In this document: one piece after another, positions 38,701-48,752 of the stretch
Layout: each line of letters starts with the position of its first letter
Numbering within the stretch: the stretch's first letter is position 1
Assembly: GCA_020891255.1 (NCBI GenBank)
Contig: BQFW01000014.1
Coordinates: 62,001 to 126,000 of the forward strand
Reading direction: 5' to 3'
Source: Entomortierella parvispora E1425
Lineage: Eukaryota > Fungi > Mortierellomycota
Length of the DNA stretch: 64,000 bases
Notes under the pieces: model-generated
The model's database searches: none
Told to the model about the DNA's origin: nothing
Seen by the model: the letters and a program-made list of their open reading frames with translations, nothing else
Program-made: the position numbers and the translations under genes

Positions 38701-40830
38701 GATGACCTGGAATAAAGGAGAACAATTAGTACGATTTTTTTTGTTTGGTTTTCAGAACAGACTTCCTTGGCAGTGTATTAAAAGTACATACCGTTCCTAT
38801 TGCTTCTTTCCTATGAGACTGGCCGTCATCCTGTCGCCTTCTGACTGGGACTTGTGACGAAGATCTGTCATGATCTGCATTGGATGACTTCCTTGAGTGG
38901 CGATTTGGCGACCGACTAAAACCCCCTTGAACTGGCGGCGAGGTGGACGCTGTGGAACCTCCTGCCGATCCAGACCAATATGAAGAAAAAGTCTGGTGGG
39001 CAAATCCTCCTACGAGATTTCCAGTGCGCTGTTGTTAGTAAGGCGCCCTCAGAAAAGCATGTACAGAGCACGTCGACAAGCTGAAGGTTACCCAGCATCT
39101 TGACTCCGCCATAAACTTCCTTGGCAACTCCTTTGGCTAGATCTTGATATCCGCCGCTGCTGTCCGACTCAGTGTCCCCATTCTTGGAGTCTGCACCGTC
39201 CGAGGGAGCATCACTCGTTGTGACATAGGCTAACAACCTAGTGCCAAGAGCGAATACGCCTGGATAGGAAGCGTCGTTCAGGGCAACTTGTTTTTGATGA
39301 AGAGGCTGCAAGGTGAGTTGGTTCAAAAGGTGCAGCCTGGTGATCTCTCCTGGGGAACTCAGGGCCTATGATACATAAGAATGCTATTGAATTAGAGATC
39401 CTGTAAACAGAGGACAATCATCAACCCCTGCATGGTTTTTGCTTGACCCTTTTCCTACCACTACAATTCCTCGCTCATTTACGTCCAGCGTTGATAGCTC
39501 GTAATCAGGCCCTTCGCCAAAATCGATGGTCTTTATGATCTGGTGTGCGGTGAGGGAATAAATCTGCAGTTTGGATGTCGGCGTGCTTTCTCCAGTCTTT
39601 GTATTTGCTCTGAAGTAACAGAAAGAAGCCAAGAGTCAGTACATGTCCCAAAACTAAAGTCCACCACATGAGATAGGATATTCTTGCTCCTTACATGATG
39701 GCGACCAATGGGCGGTACTGCTCAAACTGATCCACCTTTCCATTGGGTACGCGCGGGGTTGGCAAGACCTATGATAGGAAAAATGAGGGTTATGAGTTGG
39801 TTTTCTGATGCTGGAATCAAGGGGGGTCTGGTGTTGGCAGTGATCACTATCATTGTCCTCAGTTCAGAGTCAAACGCAATTCGTACCTTGAGGAAAGAAA
39901 CCGCGTCATTGCTGTCACGGATTGACACAATCTCATGAACGTTGTCTGGATGAGTAATGTCCCAGATCTGGAAGCCGTCATGATATCCAAGAAGTAGGCA
40001 GAAGCGTCTAAACCATTTGCACAATTCGCGTTAGTCGCAGGTGTCTTTTTTCGCCTAGGTCTTTTTGCTCTCAATAGCTCCTGTTGAAGCACGCGTTCCT
40101 GAGTCCGTGATGACTCCGCTGCTCTCCCCTTCTCGCTCTACAGCCAGCCTCCATCCCATTCCTGTGAGTCAACGATCCAGCGGCTGTCTCCTTGAATGGC
40201 CCATTTCAGTGGATAAGGCTGACGTCGGTGCGCGGCTGCAGCTTGAAATTAGCAAAGATAGTGACACGTAGACAGGATCATGTTGTCTAACAGCAATCCT
40301 GAAAAGGCTGTCATCGTTGAGGTATTGCATTCTCCAGCCACCCGCAACCCTCGCTTTCGCCATCGCCATCCACAGAGTCGTTTGCGGCGCGCTACAGGGA
40401 AGGCTCTTTTTTTTTTTTTTTTCCCTGTATGTGAATGCTCCCACGGGTTGCACCTTTTCATTGTTCAAAAGTGGACACAGTCGACATACCGTGAGCTTCT
40501 AGACCTAGCACTGCCTGCAGTCTCGATCCAGTCAAAGGCCGAGAACTGGACCACGTCTCCGATGGTCAGGACACAGACGTTGTCCTGGTGGTTGCCGAGG
40601 AGCGCGTTGCCCGAGCCCTGAGTTGCCGGATAGTAGTATGGGCTGGAGGGGTGAGTTGGGAAAGAAGGGCTGGAGGGGGAGACGAATCCTTTGGTGGGCA
40701 AAGAGAACGATGCTGGCAGGGTGTTGGCGACATACGACGACACGCCTGTCAGCACCGACGAGATAGACTCGAGCGCAGAGGGGTCCCTACAGAGAAGAGG
40801 CGGGCCATCAACGTCAGCGAGTGCTTCCAT
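35762..40830 (-). CDS. BCAS3: BCAS3/Rudhira-like WD40 (PROPPIN-related) protein, multi-exon
   Basis: Exons read FCLLLGYHDGFQIWD, FALGTRLLAYV, VAHFKPHDHPITGCKFSPSGRLLLTVS, HLYKLARGITHASVEDIVFNEDETWVAVTTSRGTTHLYAINPFGG and WLAHAEISTY...LWKSPQFSF, which are BCAS3-family motifs. Intron 1 (about 40489-40008) has a GACTAAC branch site. Start at MEALAD (40830) is inferred. Confidence 0.82.
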
Positions 40831-40836
40831 CGCGAA

Positions 40837-40885
40837 GGGGGCTGTAGGGGACAGGGGACAGGGGACAGGGGACAGGGGACAGGGG
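40837..40885 (+). repeat. (GGGGACA)5 heptamer tandem repeat
   Basis: ggggg ctgta gggg aca gggg aca gggg aca gggg aca gggg aca gggg, immediately upstream of the BCAS3 ATG. Confidence 0.85.
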
Positions 40886-41616
40886 CTGTGAGGGGCGTTA
40901 CCTGATGAAGACCGGCTCAGCACGAACACCGGAGGAGGATCCCTGGAGCTGGTCCATGGTGACACTGGGGTGTCGTTGTGCGAGAGGCAGCGACGTGTCT
41001 GTCGATGACTGTTGAGGCGTGGTGGGTGGGTGTGGGTAGGCGGGTGGGTGTGGGTATGGGCTAGGGCTAGGGCGTGTAGATGTGGTGCGTGTCCCAAGAA
41101 GAGAGTGGGAAGAAAGCGAAGGGAGAATCGGTTCCTGTGCAAGACCTAGGGAGAGAACAAGAACAAGGAATAGAATACAGACACGGGAATGAAGGCGATC
41201 CTGGTCTGTGTCAGGCAGTGGGGATGGGGCGATGAGGGGGATAGACAAGGTCGATGGAGTGAGTACGCGCAAGAGAGAGAGAGAGAGAGAATGAGAGAGA
41301 ACAAGAGTGAATGAAGGAAAAGAACAGAGTGCACAGAACAAAGAAAGAAAAAAAAAAGGACGTCCATCTTTCCGTGACCGCAGCCAAGACGATGCATGCA
41401 TGCATTCGTGCATGCATCCTTGCACGAGGACGGATGCGTGCACGTGACCGGCACATGACGCTTTATCAGTTTATTCCTTTTCATTGTGGTTGGTCCGGTC
41501 CCCTGACGACCGACGACAGATGACGACAAAGGACGCCAGGGCAGGGGTCCTGTTTGACTCTCCTGTGCCTGTTCTGTCTGTCTGTCTGTCTGTCTGCGAC
41601 TCCTCCGTGATCTGTT

Positions 41617-43500
41617 TCAATGCGAGGGCCGTGCTGAGGCGACAAACGAGTACCGGACTCGCCGTGTCGGTGATCCTGGAGGCGTTTGCTGCCGCAGGTG
41701 GTTGTGTCGGAGGCGAGCGAGTGCATCCTCCAGTCTCTTGTTCACAATAATCCAGCGCAGTGCGCACTCTGCATTGCTCTCCTTCTGGTTCATGCGACTG
41801 TTCTCCACAATAGTTAGCTCAATTCGGAACGCCTGATCTGCCGTCATCCCTTCGCAGCCCTTGAGATCCAGTCGCTCCAATCGTTCAATCCGCGCCACCA
41901 CTGCAGGCCATCCTTTGTTGTCCAGAGTCTCCCAGTGCCCGACCAGCTCCAGGTCTCTTAATGTGCTTACTTGAGCCAAAAGTCCGATGGCTGGTTGCTT
42001 CTTGGCTGATCGACTTGGCATCGGTCCTGTAAACGCCAGCCGGACTCGACTCAATCGGGGACATTTGGAAAGTGAGCCATAATCAAACGTCCAACTTACT
42101 TCTCCTTCCAGATTGAGGTCCGTGAGTTGTTGTAAGGGGGTATCAGAGTCGGACCAGGATAAGGGAGTTGGCATCAGCCTGCCATTAAACCATGAACGCA
42201 CAGATATCGACTTGAGGTCAGGCGCGAACATATCCACAGCCTCGTTGACGATAGCAATGACATCCTGAGCCAGACCCGCTATCGAAATATCAATCAGCTT
42301 ACTCCTTCTGACTTCTGACTGTGGACCAAGAGAGAGTGCTCGGAATCTTGGCAGCATCATATCCAATGAATCCCGACTCCTTCCTGCACGAGATCGCCAA
42401 GATTCGAGCAAATCCTTTTCCGCTGTGTACATCTTGATCGTATCCAGTTTTGGGCATTGGCGGAGAAAAGCGGCCATCGTCCTTCTCCTCTCAAGAAATG
42501 GTTCTGGATCCTTCATCTGATGAAGCAGCAAGCTCTTCAGATTGCGTGTTGGGATGCGATCCAGATAGAGGACAGCCTCGGGCCAAAATTGAACGTCCAA
42601 CACTTCAAGCGCGTCTCCCATGGCCTCGACGAGCTCAATGAGTTGGTAACTAGGCTGATTTTGGAACTGAACGCCCTTGATCTCGATCTTTAGCTCGCGC
42701 AATGTTCCAAAGATACGCTGATGGTCCCATATAAACGTCAGCATCCGGTCAAGCTTTGTCATGGCAAAGTCCTCCAATGCTCTCGTATCAATTCCTGCCA
42801 GGTCATCCAGTATTCGTGTGGTATGTCCGTCGACTCCAGCACTGAGATTGCGTTCTGTCAATAGGCAAACATCCGTCCCGGCGACCTCCAGTCTTCGCAA
42901 ACTGGATAGCCAAGGGACTTTGATCCGTGGAACTTGAATCCCCATTGCGATCGTCAGAGTGACAAGCTGCGGAGCAACGCGTTCAAACATGGCGAGTTCA
43001 ATACGACTGCGCAGCTCAACCATGGACCGGTACCAGATTACGTTTGCGTGGTAGCAGTTCGGGATGGTGGGGAACAGAGTCATGAAGGTTTCATGAAGCA
43101 TGGGCTCATGGAACATGTCGGTGCAATACGAAAGATAGTCCACAGTCGAGGGTGAAGGCAAGATTTGAACTTCTGGGCCATATCTCGGTAGCAGTGTGTT
43201 ACTACTGCCGTAGCCATCCTGGTCTGAATAGCGGCTGTCGCCTGGAGAGATCAAAAGTAGGCGGGAAGAGTGAAGCAAAAGGTGGAGCAACTTGTCCCAG
43301 CGTCTGGTGCGTTCCACAACGGTCCAGTGCCAATTGCGCTCTTGATCGAGGATCCGAAAAGGGCTGCGGTAGAGATAGTGCACTGCGATACGAAAGAGGG
43401 TGGTGGAGGAGCACAGCAAGGCGTGAAGAGTCGCCCGGTCGTCCTTGAGGCAATCAGCAATCAGCCACAGACATTCCTCTGGCAGCGTAGGAGAAGGCAT
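41617..43500 (-). CDS. F-box-like + RNI-like leucine-rich-repeat protein (lineage-expanded family), 627 aa
   Basis: N-terminal LPEECLWLIADCL...LHALLCSSTTLFRIAVHYLYRSPF fits a degenerate F-box. LRR-like units follow (LSSLRRLEV, LRELKI, CPKLDTI, LQQLTDLNL, CPRLSRVRL, LERLERLDLKGC). Confidence 0.75.
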   Translation of the reverse strand: MPSPTLPEECLWLIADCLKDDRATLHALLCSSTTLFRIAVHYLYRSPFRILDQERNWHWTVVERTRRWDKLLHLLLHSSRLLLISPGDSRYSDQDGYGSSNTLLPRYGPEVQILPSPSTVDYLSYCTDMFHEPMLHETFMTLFPTIPNCYHANVIWYRSMVELRSRIELAMFERVAPQLVTLTIAMGIQVPRIKVPWLSSLRRLEVAGTDVCLLTERNLSAGVDGHTTRILDDLAGIDTRALEDFAMTKLDRMLTFIWDHQRIFGTLRELKIEIKGVQFQNQPSYQLIELVEAMGDALEVLDVQFWPEAVLYLDRIPTRNLKSLLLHQMKDPEPFLERRRTMAAFLRQCPKLDTIKMYTAEKDLLESWRSRAGRSRDSLDMMLPRFRALSLGPQSEVRRSKLIDISIAGLAQDVIAIVNEAVDMFAPDLKSISVRSWFNGRLMPTPLSWSDSDTPLQQLTDLNLEGEVSWTFDYGSLSKCPRLSRVRLAFTGPMPSRSAKKQPAIGLLAQVSTLRDLELVGHWETLDNKGWPAVVARIERLERLDLKGCEGMTADQAFRIELTIVENSRMNQKESNAECALRWIIVNKRLEDALARLRHNHLRQQTPPGSPTRRVRYSFVASARPSH

Positions 43501-43654
43501 CGCATGGCTCGATTGTTGGTGATGATTGTGATAGTGGTGGGTATGTACTCCTATAGCCTGTCCTGTTCCTTGCCCTTGTCCTGTTCCTTGCCCTTGTCTT
43601 GACTTGACCTGGCTTGAACTGACTCCTGAAGAAGAAGAAGATCAAGATGTACGA

Positions 43655-43680
43655 TCATGCATGCATGCATGCATGCATGC
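43655..43680. repeat. (ATGC)n self-complementary tetranucleotide repeat
   Basis: catgcatgcatgcatgcatgcatgc in the divergent promoter between the F-box gene and the hydrolase-phosphatase gene. Confidence 0.85.
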
Positions 43681-43974
43681 AACAGAAAAAAAAAAAAAAA
43701 AAAATCACGTGCCCACTACCCCCACTTTCGGTCGATGGGTCGTCGACAATGAAGCTGCTTCTTCTCCTTGTCTCCTTCTCTCTCTCTCTCTCTCTCTCTC
43801 CTTCTCGCTCTTTCTCTCTCTCTCTCTTCCGCTTGTTTCTCCTCCTCTCTATCGACCTTTGAACTCTCAACCCCCTATCCTTTCTTTGGCCCTGCTTTCT
43901 GCTACGCCTCCCCTCATCCCTTTCTGCCGCATCCCTTTCCCATCTTTCTTGCTTGCATTTCGTAAAACGACGCC

Positions 43975-46676
43975 ATGCATTCGTCTTCGTCCTCGGCCAT
44001 TGTCGGCTCCCTCACCCCAATGCGGATCCCTATCCCCTCCACTGACCTCCACCTTGCTGGAGTCCTCCAGACGTCGCCTTCTTCTTCAGGCGCTGCAGCA
44101 GGCAGCCCCCGTCGATTGGGCATCATTTGCCATGGAGTGCTCGGTACTTGACTTGTATCTGAATTGGATTTTCACGAAGCGGAATGCTTCCTGACTGCAT
44201 CATTTTATCTAACTGACTCTCTGTCCTTACACTCTCTTCCTCCATCTTACGTCTTGTCTTACGGATCGATGATGCTTTGATGCACACCTACCTTTTCAGG
44301 CCATAAGAACTACCTTTTCCAGCCGACTTTGGCCAGCCAATTGGCCCCAATGATGGATACGTTCCGGTTCGATTTCAGGTACAAATTTCTCCCTGTCGCA
44401 CGACGGCGATCAGAGTTCGCTCATCATCCTCGGCCTCTACTACCATTTGCCTTTTTCCTGACCAGTTTCATAAATGTTGCTTTTTCTAGGGGTAACGGCG
44501 AGAGCGAAGGACAGATGGGCTACTCCAACTGGGACGACGATCAGGCTGATCTCAATGCCGTCATCTCATACTTTGAGCCAAAGGGCTACTTGATCTACGC
44601 GCTGATCGGTCACTCTCGAGGTAGGTTCACTTGAAATGCTTTCTCTCGTCTACAGATCGCACCAGACTTTAATTGTTGGCAACTGGGCATACTAGGCGCC
44701 ATCTCGTGCCTCAACTACGCGGCGACATCGAAGCACGTCCCTTTGATTCCATACATTGTGAGCATCAGCTCTCGCTTCAACATGGCTGATGTCCGACGCA
44801 AACATGGCCCAGAGACGATGGCCCTCCTAGAGGAACAGGTATGATTTGTTACCATAGTCCCCTCAAAAAATTGACCGATGGCGCAATATTGGTCCTCATT
44901 TCATGCCCTGACAACAACAAAAAAAAATAACATATCCGATCCGTGTTCTGTGTCTCCACAACCACAGGGGCACTTTGACTGGCAGGCTCGTGCAGCGGGC
45001 AAGGACATCACTCTTCGTGTCACACAGAAACACTTTGACGACTTTCTGAACTTTGACACGGCTGCAGGTAAAATATCGCCCGAGGTTTGAGGCTGTTGGG
45101 GTAAATATGACCCGAACTAATTTTATTTCTGATTGCTGCTACTGGTGCTACAGTCGCCCATATCCCTGCTATGACTAATGTTCTACTCTGCCATGGTTCC
45201 GAGGACGCGGTAAGCCTTCAATCTTGAACAAAACATCCACCCCTTCTTCGCAGCACTGCTCAATGCAGCTTGGCTCCTAATATGGTTGTATTCCACCCTT
45301 AGGTTGTGCCCATCGAAGACATTACCCTCTTGCAGAGTCACCTTTCACATGCCAGGACCGCACTTCGCATTATTACCAACGCCGACCACAACTATAAGAA
45401 GCACTACAACGAGATCTCTCAGACTGTTAGTCATTACTTTTCGGCGGAAGGTCGCAAAGAAGAATGGTCAAGGCGTATCCTTCCCAATTGGAAAGCCTGG
45501 GTGCATGCTGTCGGAGGCGTGCTTAATTTCAGAACAGTGGGCGACATTTGGATCCCTTCCACTACGGATGACACTGTGGGCTACATGCGACCTGGCGTGA
45601 TTTATCGCTGTGCAGAGTAAGGGCTCGACGTTGAACTGCCTACATCTTTCAGGTTTGCCTGCCTGGTTGCTAATTAATTGTTTCCTCATAGCATTTCGAA
45701 ACCAACTCCAGAAGGCATCAAGGTGCTGGAAGCTCTGAACATTACAGATGTGTTTGATTTGCGCTCCAACTCTGAAACTGAGCGGCGGGGAACATTGTAA
45801 GTCCTTTGTTGCGTTGCCCTGTAGTCCAAAAGTGGCACGCCTTGTTTACCTTTTTTTTTTTTCTTTTGCTGGGAATAGCGAATCCGAAAAGATCAAGCGC
45901 CACCATACCCCTGTCTTTTCAGAGATTGACTACTCGCCTGCTCAGATTGCAGTGCGCTTCACCATGTACCTTGGAGGAACGGAAGGATTCGCAGAGGCGT
46001 ACATGTCCATGATGCCCAACGTTCGACAGTTTTTGCCTCCCATTCTGGATCACATTGTGCAAAAGCGGACACCTTTTATTGTGCATTGCACCGCTGGCAA
46101 GGACAGAACAGGCATTGTGTGCGCCTTACTACAGATGATTTGTGGCGTGGAGGAAGAACAAATTGCGTGGGAATACGAACTGACGCGTCGTTGCATGGCC
46201 AGTAAGTCCATTTTAGAACTTCATTTTATTTTTCTGTAATTCTTTGTCGCTACACTGGTTGATGAGATCAATAAGTTACTGACCCTGTAACTTTTTTTTG
46301 CCTGATGCCTCTACAGTCAAGGAAGAAGACGTCAACTTTTTGAAGAGTGCCCTTGGAGAGGCCAGCGATGCCAAAGTGCGTGGTGTCCTTTCTACAAAGT
46401 AAGGGATCCGGGCTTGTCGAATGATGAAGGAGAATTGCAGGCTCCATGATAGGTTCTGAAGTCAGCCTTTGCTCCTTTGATTCAATGCTCACCACCTCCA
46501 CATGTTATATTTTTCATAGTGAGGAATACCTGTTCCGTTTCCTGGAACAGTTCCACGAGAAGTACGGCACGATCAACGACTTCTTGATGAACGAACTTGA
46601 TATGACTCTGGAGCAGATCCATGCAGTGCGCGATGCCCTGGTCGTCAAAATCCCTGTCCCTCGTGCGGTCTTGTAG
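43975..46676 (+). CDS. Fusion of an alpha/beta-hydrolase (GHSRG) and a Cys-based tyrosine/lipid phosphatase (HCTAGKDRT, Y_phosphatase3-type); about 11 exons
   Basis: Hand-spliced: MHSSSS...LGIICHGVLG|HKNYLFQPTLASQL...FRFDFR|GNGESEG...LIGHSRG|AISCL...LLCHGSEDA|VVP...ADHNY...VGGVLNFRTVG...PGVIYRCAE...VFDLRS...PFIVHCTAGKDRTGIVCALLQ...YELT...IHAVRDALV. All introns are GT-AG and frame-consistent by eye. Confidence 0.85.
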
Positions 46677-46780
46677 AATCGGGATGATCACTTCCTAGAG
46701 AAATATCCCCCTAGAGAAATAAAACAGGAAATATATATATAAAAAAAAACCTACTCGCCAGGAACCACCAACTCGTCTTT

Positions 46781-47629
46781 ATGGACAAAGCCAATCCATC
46801 TGCGCCCCCGCATCTGGTCTCCACCGATGATGGCAGAGGTCCTTTCGAGAGGGGAACTACTTCCAATATCTTTGGTGCCAATGCCGGAGCGACCACATTG
46901 GTCCAGTCCAATGCCACCCCTGTGGGTGAGCGATCGTCATTGTCTAGATTTCAGGCCAAGCTTCCCCAGTATTTCACCCGCTTCGAAGACGGAGGGGCCG
47001 CCATTATCTACGAGAAATCAGGCCTTCGTGCAGAGGAGGTGGCACTGGCATTGGGCGAGTTCACGGGTAAGAATCCATGTCAACTGAACAGAAACTCTCC
47101 TGGGATCTTAATCTTAGGATTTGATCAAGAGGAGGCTCTTGCAGAGTTTCTACAGACACCAATTATAATCAAGGGTAAACGACTTCGAGTGGAAAGAGCG
47201 GTTTACTCCTCAGGAACCACAATTCAGATCAGGGCAGAAATGGTCTATGAACCCAATAGGTGGAAGATAGAGACACAGTTACTGCGAATCTTCAAGGACG
47301 CGGGAGATATCAACTACATCAGCCCCCACTATATTCCGGGACCAGGACGGGTTCGAACCGGAACAGTGGATTTTATCCTGGAAGTTCCGGCAGGCAAGGT
47401 CAAGGACCTCATGCTGCCTAGAGTCGCCTCGGTCTCGGGATCGAACACACTGTTTACCTGGCCCGGGGGAGGGATGGTATGCTACAGATGTGGAGGGGAC
47501 GCTCATGTCAAGAATCAATGTTCTCAGCCACTCACGTACCGGATTTGTGAGTCAGGGGTACTGGAGAACCCGAAAATGGTGAAGGCATTTCCAAACATTG
47601 CTTTCCGACCCGCAGTCAACCACAGCTAG
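46781..47629 (+). mobile_element. Non-LTR retrotransposon (L1/Tx1-like) ORF1: RRM-like region + CCHC zinc knuckle, probably 3'-truncated
   Basis: Intronless 282-aa ORF containing CYRCGGDAHVKNQC (C-X2-C-X4-H-X4-C), preceded by beta/alpha segments resembling the RRM region of LINE ORF1. It abuts an ORF2 fragment. Confidence 0.75.
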
Positions 47630-48640
47630 GCGTAATCTTATACATAAAGGCCTTGTAGAATCCATAGGTCAGACCATCTGTCCCTGGAGAAGAGCGAGTG
47701 GCCATATCGCGAATGGCCCTGTGAATCGCTTGCTCGGTCAGATGCAGATCCAACCTTTTCTTGTCCGCCTCGTTCACTCTCTTGTGGACAGAGTCCAAGA
47801 GCGTGTCCTAGGCAGCCCTCTCTGTTGGCTCTGAGGAGTACAGCTCCGAATAAAACTCGTGGGGCGATCGAAGCAATCGACTCATCATCCTCTTTTGCTT
47901 TCCCCTCTCTATTCTTCAAAGGGGCAATGGCGGATTTCTTGCGGCGTGCATTCAGCTGCAAGGTGAAAGATGGCGTGGCTTTCTCTCCTTCCTCCAGCCA
48001 TTTCACCTTAGCCATGATGGCCACTTTTTCGAGTTCATACTTGGACAGCTCTCCCAGATCAGCCAGGCATTGCTCCCTCCTTGCGATCGCATGCTTGTTC
48101 CTGGGATCTTGATCGAATTTGACATTGGCTGTGCTGAGAGCCCGATTCAATTTTCGACGCTTGTCCATGTTGTCTCTTTTTTTTTTTTTTTTTGCATACT
48201 TGATCCCTTCCTCCAGGATCTTGTCCTTGCATTCGTCCCCGCAGAGGGCTGCGGGTGCGGCGTCCGGTCCGCCCTTCTTTTCATCAATCTCGTCAAGAAA
48301 AGCCTCGACCTTTGCCACAAAAATGGGGTCGTGCAAGAGGCGCTCGTCAAGCACCTCGGAAGTGCAGTATGGCGGTTTATCGAACGAGAAAATCTTGGCC
48401 GATACCATGCGATGGTCGAGCTTAGTCAGTCTGTCTGGCCAGACAATGTCACAGGAGCGAACATCGTGGGTTAACAACTGATCCAAGTATGGGGGCCGAC
48501 ACCATCAAATAGTCGATTGGTGTTCATAATGATCCTTTTTTGTCCAGGGACGGGCAGGTCCTCCTCTAGATCATTATCACCCTGGTTTCGTAACACCGCG
48601 ACCAAAGAGCGGGAGCTTTTGGCTTGCCATGTCATGGGTG
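47625..48640 (-). pseudogene. Degenerate LINE ORF2 fragment (end of AP endonuclease, linker, start of reverse transcriptase), inverted relative to ORF1
   Basis: Minus strand reads I*RR...IDYLMVS and LDHRMV (APE C-terminal motifs), KWLEEGEKATPSF, then after a frameshift near 47862 HEFYSELYS, an in-frame stop, and SSPGTDGLTYGFYKAF (the pre-RT K/SSPGxDG motif of L1-like ORF2). Left and right boundaries are approximate. Confidence 0.8.
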
Positions 48641-48644
48641 ATTT

Positions 48645-48692
48645 CACGTGACCTCAAGTGAAATGTCACGTGAATTTGGTGAATGTCACGTG
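48645..48692. promoter_or_regulatory. Three TCACGTGA E-boxes within an imperfect tandem repeat of about 20 bp upstream of tRNA-Lys
   Basis: CACGTG cores at 48645, 48667 and 48687; repeat unit GTGAA(A)TGTCACGTGA. Confidence 0.5.
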
Positions 48693-48752
48693 AGCGTGGT
48701 GAAATGATGTCAGAATATAGATGTCCGAATACATTGACCCTCAACAAATCAA

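Noticed and set aside
46694-46721. 12-bp direct repeat as the LINE target-site duplication
   Set aside because: Both copies are on the same side of the element, and I found no matching copy near 48640-48750.
46781-48640. Twin-priming 5' inversion as the explanation of the LINE structure
   Set aside because: The internal junction joins the 3' ends of both pieces, and no element 3' end or poly-A tail is present.
48637-48712. Short repeats as a CRISPR-like array
   Set aside because: Eukaryotic context, only about three imperfect 20-bp units and no unique spacers.
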